This document shows, piece by piece, positions 1-6,583 of a DNA stretch of 41,145 nt. The translations under genes were made by a program, and so were the position numbers. The notes beneath the pieces are model-generated. The model was not told the origin of the DNA. It worked only from the letters and a program-made list of their open reading frames with translations, and made no database searches. This stretch comes from Gammaproteobacteria bacterium (lineage in GTDB: Bacteria > Pseudomonadota > Gammaproteobacteria > SZUA-152), in contig JAADIL010000277.1 in NCBI GenBank assembly GCA_013151355.1, positions 1 to 41,145 of the forward strand. Reading direction: 5' to 3'. How positions within the stretch are numbered: position 1 is the first letter of the stretch; every line of letters starts with the position of its first letter.

Positions 1-1
1 C

Positions 2-319
2 AGCTGTTTTGGCAAGGTCGGCAATATTGCTAAAGCCTTTGCGCAGAACAACCTGTAATAAAAAATCAGAATTGCATTCATATTCACGACATACTTTCGG
101 TCGTTTTTCCCAGTTGGTACAGCGGCCACTATCACGGTCAAAGTGGATGCAATAACCTTCAGGGTCTTTGTCGACAAAACCTTTTGCCGGGGTCGTGCCT
201 TTAGCTGGCTCCATTTCATCAGGTTGCAGGCGCACCAGCTTGCGGCAACAAAAAGTAGCACAGCCCATACGGCGTCCTTCATCACAATCTACAAATTGTG
301 TTTTTATACAGTTATCCAT
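2..319 (-). CDS. YkgJ-family Cys-cluster (putative zinc/iron-chelating) protein; C-terminus runs off the window edge
   Basis: Absent from the ORF track because it is open at the window edge. ATG at 319-317 is preceded by GGAGGT. My translation is MDNCIKTQFVDCDEGRRMGCATFCCRKLVRLQPDEM...GYCIHFDRDSGRCTNWEKRPKVCREYEC. It shows spaced Cys clusters and the C..W.E.RP..CR.Y.C-type tail typical of that family. Confidence 0.6.
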   Translation of the reverse strand, partial: MDNCIKTQFVDCDEGRRMGCATFCCRKLVRLQPDEMEPAKGTTPAKGFVDKDPEGYCIHFDRDSGRCTNWEKRPKVCREYECNSDFLLQVVLRKGFSNIADLAKTA

Positions 320-436
320 TTTACCTCCATAATTCTTCGGGATAACTACTCAATTCACAAATAAGTTATTTAATTTCCATTCCTTACGGTATGTTTTATT
401 GCTTGTTACTATCCGCTGGAAGAAGTCCAGAATAAA

Positions 437-480
437 ATGTCAGTGAGCTTGTTACGTAACAGGAACAAACCCACTGACAT
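437..480 (-). terminator. Rho-independent terminator candidate downstream of the Roadblock gene
   Basis: On the minus strand: ATGTCAGTGGG - ~22-nt loop - CTCACTGACAT, followed by TTTTATTC. The stem is about 11 bp with one G-U pair. It lies 27 nt after the stop at 507. Confidence 0.45.
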
Positions 481-506
481 ATGATATCTATGTTTTCAGA
501 TTTTGT

Positions 507-911
507 TTAAATAGCGGCTTCGATGGAAGGCATGGATGAACGCGACTTGGTCAGAACCATGCCAAGGTTGGCAGATTTGCGACAAACAAAAGTTGCTACA
601 TGTTCTTCATTGCTTTTGGAGCGCAAAAATACGTGTAACAAATTATCACTGTTAATAATGATTTCCTGAAAATAATGGTGGTTATCATCTTCCACGCCAC
701 GGGCCTTTTTAAACATGCTCTCAATCAGAGACACATTGGTTCCCTGAAAAAGGTCTGCGGTTGCAGCGGCAACAACCTCCAGCACTTCAGCCGGGTGTGA
801 ATCCACAGTCTTGGCACTCAGTAGCATACCTGTGCTGAGGTCTACGAAACCTGCGGCGACACATTCCGGAATGGATGCGATGGCTGTTTGTAGGGCTTTA
901 TCTAATGACAT
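507..911 (-). CDS. Roadblock/LC7 (MglB / CvnB-like) domain protein
   Basis: 134 aa. The pattern ...IPECVAAGFVDLSTGMLL...AAATADLF...EIIINSDNLLHVFLRS...FVCRKSANLGMV matches the Roadblock/LC7 alpha-beta-alpha layout. It is the last gene of an operon with a small GTPase. Confidence 0.75.
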   Translation of the reverse strand: MSLDKALQTAIASIPECVAAGFVDLSTGMLLSAKTVDSHPAEVLEVVAAATADLFQGTNVSLIESMFKKARGVEDDNHHYFQEIIINSDNLLHVFLRSKSNEEHVATFVCRKSANLGMVLTKSRSSMPSIEAAI

Positions 912-944
912 TTTATTTCTCCTTGACAGTAAATGATTTGCGGT

Positions 945-2306
945 TTATGACGACGCAATATGCCGTCCGTTGCTCATGCCGGAATTTGCTACCGCCAACG
1001 CAAATTCCTCCAGAAATTTCACCTGAACATCTGATTGCACCCAGCGTGGCTCAATGCTGCGCGCGGTTTCCAGAGCATCCAGGGCGGTTTCACCTTCCCA
1101 GATTAATTGCGCAACCAGCATGGTACCGGTGCGCCCCATACCTGCCTTGCAATGCATGGCAATGGCCTCACCCTGTTCAGTCAATCCCCCCATCTGTTCG
1201 CAAAACTGCAAGGCAGCTTCAATGGTGGGCACGCCCATATCCTTGATTGGAAATGCAATTCCCCTGATGTTGTATTCAGTCAGTATGGTCGGATCAATTG
1301 GCCGGGTTGTCAGGGAAACCAGTACGCTGATACCTACTCGCTGTAACGCAGCGAGGTCGTAATCCAGTTCGATTAATAATCCGGGACGTGGCGTACCGGC
1401 CAGATCACCTTTTCTGAGCCAAAGAAAATTGCGTGGCCCAAAGGCATCACTTTTGTATTTCCGGGCCTCTTCGGGTACTTTGGGGCGAACCGTTTCAAGC
1501 GGTGTATCCGGCGTATTGACGACTTCTGTTACCGGATCATTCAGATGTTCATCGGGTGTGTCCGGTGAAGAAACACAACAGGAACCACTGCGAACAAAGT
1601 CTCTGGCAGCTTGTGATTGTGGTGCAGCAAAAAAATCGGCAGTGGGTCGTGCTTCATGAATCCAGCCACCGGCCAATAATGCTGTTTGCCCACCGAGCCT
1701 GATTGCCTGCTTCTGGTTGTGCACAACCACCACCACAGCACGGCGTTCAGCCTCCATAAGCAGATAATCCAGCAGGCGATGTGTTTCTTCCTCACTCAGC
1801 CCGGCGGTGGGTTCGTCCACAAAAATTAATCTGGGGTTGGCTGCTACGGTGCGGGCAATTGCCAGATGGCGCTGCACCGCCAGTGGAAAATCCACGGCAT
1901 TATCGTTCAGCCGGTCGACCAGTTCAGTCAGGCCTGCCTTGCCCAACAGGCGTCGTGCCACATCTCGTTGCTGGGAGATATCCAGTGTATGGCGTTCGGG
2001 CATATCATTAACAATATTTTCACGAATACTGGCCATGATGAGTCTGGTTTTCTGCGCAACAAGTGCAGGCGATTCAGACTCTCTCAAAGGCATGCCGACA
2101 TATTCGACATTGCCCCAGGTGCGCAAGGAAGGGTTGGCATTGTTAAGACCGGAAAGCGTCCGCAACAAGGTCGATTTTCCGGTGCCAGCAGGGCCCAGCA
2201 ACACGGTCATTCCTCGCTCGGGAATGTCCAGGTCGATACCGTTAAGAATAATTTTGTCACCAAAAGCGACACCGTACTCTCGCAGGCACAGAAGCGATTC
2301 GCTCAC
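945..2306 (-). CDS. Fusion protein: N-terminal PstB-like ABC-type ATPase (no permease partner) and C-terminal Cys-based dual-specificity/tyrosine protein phosphatase
   Basis: 453 aa with a GTG start. Walker A is GPAGTGKST, Walker B is LIFVDEPTAGL, H-loop is VVVVHN. The tail QKQAIRLGGQTALLAGGWIHE...FF..P.S..ARDFV parallels PstB. The LSGGQ signature position reads FPLAVQ. A Pro/Thr-rich linker follows, then the PTP loop HCKAGMGRTG (HCx5R[ST]). Confidence 0.85.
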   Translation of the reverse strand: MSESLLCLREYGVAFGDKIILNGIDLDIPERGMTVLLGPAGTGKSTLLRTLSGLNNANPSLRTWGNVEYVGMPLRESESPALVAQKTRLIMASIRENIVNDMPERHTLDISQQRDVARRLLGKAGLTELVDRLNDNAVDFPLAVQRHLAIARTVAANPRLIFVDEPTAGLSEEETHRLLDYLLMEAERRAVVVVVHNQKQAIRLGGQTALLAGGWIHEARPTADFFAAPQSQAARDFVRSGSCCVSSPDTPDEHLNDPVTEVVNTPDTPLETVRPKVPEEARKYKSDAFGPRNFLWLRKGDLAGTPRPGLLIELDYDLAALQRVGISVLVSLTTRPIDPTILTEYNIRGIAFPIKDMGVPTIEAALQFCEQMGGLTEQGEAIAMHCKAGMGRTGTMLVAQLIWEGETALDALETARSIEPRWVQSDVQVKFLEEFALAVANSGMSNGRHIASS

Positions 2307-2851
2307 GCAGCTTCTCCGCTCAGCCCCGGGTCCAGAGAATAAAGCAACGCCTGAACCAGCATCATGACATCATCATGCTGACGGGCATCTACCTCAAACA
2401 CCGGAACATTCATATCCAGCTTGGTCAGGGTTGCCTGATAATCTTCCAGTTTTAATCCCTTGCGTAACTCCATTCTCGTAATGCCGATAGCCACCGCATT
2501 ATTTTGAATAAACTCTTTGAACGAATCGACAAAGGCCTGCAAATCTTCCAGCGGAGCCGGGTTGGCATCATCCAGCATAATAATGACGCCAAGACTGCCG
2601 TCGGTCAGTAAATCCCACATAAAGTTGAAACGTTCCTGTCCTGGTGTGCCATAAAGGTGGAGTGTTTCCCCGTTATCCAGGCGCATGCTGCCGTAATCCA
2701 TTGCTACGGTGGTTAACTCTTTTTTATCTTTTGTTTCATCTGTTGCGGCCTGTTCCGTGGAGAATGGAGCAACATCACTGATGGCGGTAATGGCGGTTGT
2801 TTTACCTGCACCCACTGGTCCGGTAAAAATAATTTTGTGCTGACCGATCAT
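2303..2851 (-). CDS. Small P-loop GTPase of the MglA / CvnD (COG2229) type
   Basis: 182 aa. G1 is GPVGAGKTT. Switch II is LHLYGTPGQERFNFMWD followed by GVIIMLD, as I recall for conservon/MglA-like GTPases. Its stop overlaps the next gene's start (GTGA). Confidence 0.85.
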   Translation of the reverse strand: MIGQHKIIFTGPVGAGKTTAITAISDVAPFSTEQAATDETKDKKELTTVAMDYGSMRLDNGETLHLYGTPGQERFNFMWDLLTDGSLGVIIMLDDANPAPLEDLQAFVDSFKEFIQNNAVAIGITRMELRKGLKLEDYQATLTKLDMNVPVFEVDARQHDDVMMLVQALLYSLDPGLSGEAA

Positions 2852-2889
2852 AATTGGTTCCTGTTTTTCTGGTTGTTATCTAATTGTTG

Positions 2890-4071
2890 TTATTTGCTGA
2901 TGTGGCGCAAAATGGAAGCCAGCAACCCGCGTGTCGGAGACCCGTTTGCCCCTTTGGGTGCGATCAGAGAATCTACCCGGCGTATTGCGGGACCTGTTAG
3001 ACCTGTCGCGACTGTCGCACTGTAAAATGAATACACATCGGCCTGATCAATACCCAGACTCTGAGCGATATCATCCAGTGTGCGCGGGTTTCCCGCCCAT
3101 AAAGAAGCAATACGCATGCCATGCGGTGTATGTGGAAGGCGAGGAAAATTTGGCCAGGATTGCAAATAAAATGACATGGATAAATCGGTACCTTCCGGCA
3201 CACGGCCACGGGCCGTACGCAGGGTCAGATCCCATATCAGGTGATTGATGGATATGGATCTCAGGCCATCAGTTTCACTCGTGGATAAGCCTTTTTTACC
3301 TGTGTTGCGAACACGTTTGATTTCTATTGTAAATTCGTCACTCAGTGTTGCCACTCCCAGGTTCTTCAACTGACTGTCTGTCAAGTCGGTATAGACACGA
3401 TCCTGGTCGGGAAGCAGAATAAGTTGGCGGTTTCTCCAGCACTGCACATGGATGATGCACTGTTGCCCGGCGCCCTTTTTAAGGCCAGAGAGAATGCGCC
3501 CCAGGAGATAATCATCCGGGTTGTAATAAAGCTCAGGTTCTTCCCGCATACTGGTCTGTTGTACTGATTTCAGGCTGATGCTCGTGGTCTTGAATCGGGT
3601 ATTCAGTGCGTGGGCAGCTGCATTAACTCCTGATGTATTTAAATCCATTTTTGTTGATGCTCCCGGGTTGTTGTTGGAGGTCGAGGGTTTGGAGGTCAAG
3701 GGTTCTGTGGAGTCAATTTTCCCGGTGGTCTCGGCCACTGGTGGTAGCCCTGTTACCAGGTCGAAAATGGATTCCCACAATAAATCCAGTTTGGCGGGTT
3801 TGGCGACATAAATAGCCCCTTCAAGTTTTACTGAATTCTCTGACATGACAATGGCAGGCAGATCAGGGTGTTGTCGTTGATATTTTTCCCAGGCATTGGC
3901 TTCGCCATCCAGATCAACAATGCCCAGATGTGCGTCCTCATTCTGCGCAAATTTGCAGCGTCCCTTGAAGATAATTTTAAAAATGGTGTCCATCCTGGAA
4001 ATAGATCGCTCATCCATGCTGGCTAAAATAACTTTTATAGGTGAGTGTACTTCTGTTTTCACGGACTTCAT
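2890..4071 (-). CDS. Response-regulator receiver domain protein with an uncharacterised ~270-aa C-terminal region (possible terminal wHTH)
   Basis: 393 aa. The N-terminus has REC landmarks: ILASMDE (acidic pair), LGIVDLDG (acceptor Asp), AIVMSEN (Ser/Thr position), YVAKPAKL (Lys-Pro). A Ser/Thr/Asn-rich linker follows. The C-terminal ...NPRTLDDIAQSLGIDQADVYSFYSATVATGL looks HTH-like. Confidence 0.7.
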   Translation of the reverse strand: MKSVKTEVHSPIKVILASMDERSISRMDTIFKIIFKGRCKFAQNEDAHLGIVDLDGEANAWEKYQRQHPDLPAIVMSENSVKLEGAIYVAKPAKLDLLWESIFDLVTGLPPVAETTGKIDSTEPLTSKPSTSNNNPGASTKMDLNTSGVNAAAHALNTRFKTTSISLKSVQQTSMREEPELYYNPDDYLLGRILSGLKKGAGQQCIIHVQCWRNRQLILLPDQDRVYTDLTDSQLKNLGVATLSDEFTIEIKRVRNTGKKGLSTSETDGLRSISINHLIWDLTLRTARGRVPEGTDLSMSFYLQSWPNFPRLPHTPHGMRIASLWAGNPRTLDDIAQSLGIDQADVYSFYSATVATGLTGPAIRRVDSLIAPKGANGSPTRGLLASILRHISK

Positions 4072-4290
4072 TACTCGCTGTTTGTTATTCGTTATGTCGC
4101 TGAATGTAATTTATAAAACAGGATATGTGAGGCACTGTTTTCTGTGGCTCTACACAGATATCACGCCCGGCACTCATATAAGTGCAATACCCACCATTTC
4201 CTTCAGAGACGGCATCGGGTAAAAATATGAAAACTTTAACAATGGCTTGCAATTCATAATAAAAAAACAGGCAATAAAAAAAGACAAGGA

Positions 4291-4484
4291 ACGTGTATGA
4301 AATAACTTCCCTGTTTGGCGTCCGGGTTTAGTGCGTATTCGTTCGTTCTGATTGAACAAAAGTGCAGGAATAGTTGCCCTGTTTCGAGCTTTTGTGATTG
4401 GAGAACGGGCGCCAACAGTCGGTGCTTCAGGCAAAGAGGGGCTGAAGCCGGGATGCAAAACAGGGAAGTTATTACGTGCGCGTT
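4291..4484. mobile_element. MITE-like long imperfect palindrome (family B, full copy)
   Basis: Perfect 16-nt inverted arms AATAACTTCCCTGTTT (4301-4316) and AAACAGGGAAGTTATT (4458-4473), with further imperfect pairing inward. It shares an exact 31-mer (4341-4371) with 18475-18505. Confidence 0.6.
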
Positions 4485-4615
4485 CCTGAGAGTAACTGGA
4501 AGGTGCAATTGCCCGGGAGGTGAGCAAATAACGATTTGTCCGGGTTCCCCCTGCCCGGAACAAGAATTAAAGGGGAGACAAGATAAAGCCTTTTCAACAG
4601 GCTGAAAGTATTCAG

Positions 4616-5542
4616 TCAGTCGGCATTGAGTGCGGCGCGCAATGTTGCCTGGCTCAGGTGTGGTGCAAACAGCTCAACAAACTCAAAAATAAACCGGCGC
4701 AGGTAGCTGCCGCGACGGATGCCCACCCAGGTGGTGCTGGCCGGAAACAGGTGGATGATGTCGATACGACGCAGCCCGCTGTCACGCTGTGCTTCGAAAG
4801 CCACATCGGCCAGCAGCCCGATGCCCAGACCCAGTTCCACGTAGGTTTTGATGACGTCGGCGTCCAGCGCAGTGAGTACAATGTTTGGTTGTAGTCCGGC
4901 GGATTGAAAGGCGTCGTTGAGCTGGCTGCGTCCGGCGAAGGCAAAATCATAGGTGACGATGGGATGTTCAGCCAGGTCTTGCAAAGTCAACGGTGCCGTT
5001 TTTTCCAGCAGGGGGTGATCTGGTGGCACCACCACACAGTGATGCCAGGGGTAACAGGGCAGAGTAATGAGCCCGTCGGCGGAGGACACGGCTTCGGTAG
5101 CGATAACGATATCGGCCTCTCCGCGCAGGGTTCGGTCACAAATCTGCGTCGGGTTTCCCTGCCGTAATTGCAGGGTAACCTCGGGAAAACGTTGGCGGAA
5201 TTGTTGAATCACCGGCGGCAACACGTAACGCGCCTGGGTGTGGGTGGTGGCCAGGGTCAGGGTGCCACGTGATTGATCGCTGTAGTCTGCGCCGATACGG
5301 CTGATATTTTCTGTTTCGCGCAGTATACGTCTCGCGGCACGGATGATTTCGTTGCCAGGTTCGGTAATGGCGGTAAGGCGTTTGCCCTCGCGGGCGAAAA
5401 CAGGCACACCGAGTTCTGATTCGAGCAGACGTATCTGCTTGCTTACGCCGGGCTGCGAAGTGTACATGGCCGCTGCTGCTTCGGTGATATTGAGATGGTG
5501 ATCTACGACTTCGCAGATGCAGCGCAATTGGTGCAATTTCAT
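4616..5542 (-). CDS. cysB: LysR-family transcriptional regulator CysB (sulfur assimilation)
   Basis: 308 aa. MKLHQLRCICEVVDHHLNITEAAAAMYTSQPGVSKQIRLLESELG...ATTHTQARYVLPPVI...GNPTQI is near-collinear with E. coli CysB as I remember it. It is divergent from a sulfite reductase operon. Confidence 0.9.
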   Translation of the reverse strand: MKLHQLRCICEVVDHHLNITEAAAAMYTSQPGVSKQIRLLESELGVPVFAREGKRLTAITEPGNEIIRAARRILRETENISRIGADYSDQSRGTLTLATTHTQARYVLPPVIQQFRQRFPEVTLQLRQGNPTQICDRTLRGEADIVIATEAVSSADGLITLPCYPWHHCVVVPPDHPLLEKTAPLTLQDLAEHPIVTYDFAFAGRSQLNDAFQSAGLQPNIVLTALDADVIKTYVELGLGIGLLADVAFEAQRDSGLRRIDIIHLFPASTTWVGIRRGSYLRRFIFEFVELFAPHLSQATLRAALNAD

Positions 5543-5673
5543 GGAGGTTTCCGTTGTTTCTTCGAGTTGGCTTCGCCAGCAGGTACCGCAGTGATTTTGT
5601 TGCTGGCGGTGTGGGTGGTCGTGCCCGAATTTTGTTTGTAATCGTCTGATTAGCCGCTATTTATAACCTAAAT

Positions 5674-5687
5674 GTCTTTATAAAGAC
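5674..5687. promoter_or_regulatory. Perfect 14-bp palindrome in the cysB/tauE-cysI divergent promoter region (candidate LysR/CysB site)
   Basis: GTCTTTATAAAGAC lies in an AT-rich stretch about 70 bp upstream of the tauE-like start and about 130 bp upstream of cysB. Confidence 0.3.
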
Positions 5688-5756
5688 ACTTTTATTCTTT
5701 TTCAACCTATTGATGGATTGTTATTGTCTGCGCACATTCGAAAGGAATGCGCGTTC

Positions 5757-6533
5757 ATGGATGCTTTTCTCATTATTTCAGGCTTTGGCGTAGGCGTTCT
5801 GGTCGGACTTACCGGAGTGGGAGGCGGTGCGTTGATGACGCCGCTGCTGATTTTTGGCTTTGGTATCGCGCCTGCCGTGGCGGTGGGTACGGATCTGATG
5901 TTTGCTGCTATTACCAAGGCCAATGGCGTCTGGGTACATGCTCGCCAGAGTTCGGTGGAATGGTGTGTTGTGCGATGGCTGTTACTGGGCAGTTTGCCTG
6001 CATCCCTGCTGACGTTGCTGCTATTGGGGCAGGTAGATACACACACCGACGCGACGCAGGACCTGATGACCACCACTTTGGGTCTGGCACTGATTGCCAG
6101 CGCTGGCGCGTTGATATTTCGACGCCGTCTGGCGCAAAGCGATACCGGTTTGGTGCATGACGAGACGGGACGCAAAACCCAAATCGCCACAGTGTTAACC
6201 GGTGTAGTGCTTGGAGCGTTGGTGACACTGACCTCGGTGGGTGCTGGCGCGCTGGGAGCAGCGGTATTGTTTTGGCTCTATCCGCGCATGAAGGCAGTGC
6301 GGGTGGTGGGCACCGATCTCGCGCATGCAGTGCCGCTGGCGACGGTTGCCGGTCTTGGTCACTGGCAGCTGGGTACGGTGGACTGGGTGTTGCTGGGTAG
6401 CCTGCTGATTGGTTCGTTGCCGGGCATATACATTGGCAGCCGACTCAGCGCCCATGTGCCGGAAGTCTGGTTGCGTTTGGTGTTGGCCAGTTTGTTATCG
6501 GTGATTGGTGTGCGGTTGGTGTTGTTCGCTTGA
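5757..6533 (+). CDS. TauE/SafE (DUF81) family anion permease, sulfite/sulfate-related by context
   Basis: Polytopic membrane protein. The start MDAFLIISGFGVGVLVGLTGVGGGALMTPLL has the typical family N-terminus, and a second G-rich repeat is in the C-terminal half. The ATG at 5757 is preferred over the ORF-track start at 5718. It lies directly upstream of sulfite reductase. Confidence 0.85.
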   Translation: MDAFLIISGFGVGVLVGLTGVGGGALMTPLLIFGFGIAPAVAVGTDLMFAAITKANGVWVHARQSSVEWCVVRWLLLGSLPASLLTLLLLGQVDTHTDATQDLMTTTLGLALIASAGALIFRRRLAQSDTGLVHDETGRKTQIATVLTGVVLGALVTLTSVGAGALGAAVLFWLYPRMKAVRVVGTDLAHAVPLATVAGLGHWQLGTVDWVLLGSLLIGSLPGIYIGSRLSAHVPEVWLRLVLASLLSVIGVRLVLFA

Positions 6534-6583
6534 GTGTCGCGGGTGCGGGCGCAGGAATCAGGACTTACATTGGAGAAAGAAAA

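Noticed and set aside
3676-3705. Tandem 15-mer TTGGAGGTC[GA]AGGGT x2 inside the response-regulator gene
   Set aside because: It encodes a duplicated P-[LS]-T-S-[KN] peptide in the low-complexity linker. This is a minor in-frame duplication, not an independent repeat feature.
4174-4605. ORFs of 84-129 aa in the 4.1-4.6 kb intergenic region
   Set aside because: They are translations of both arms of the family B palindrome, have a low-complexity Arg/Pro/Ser bias and lack an RBS.
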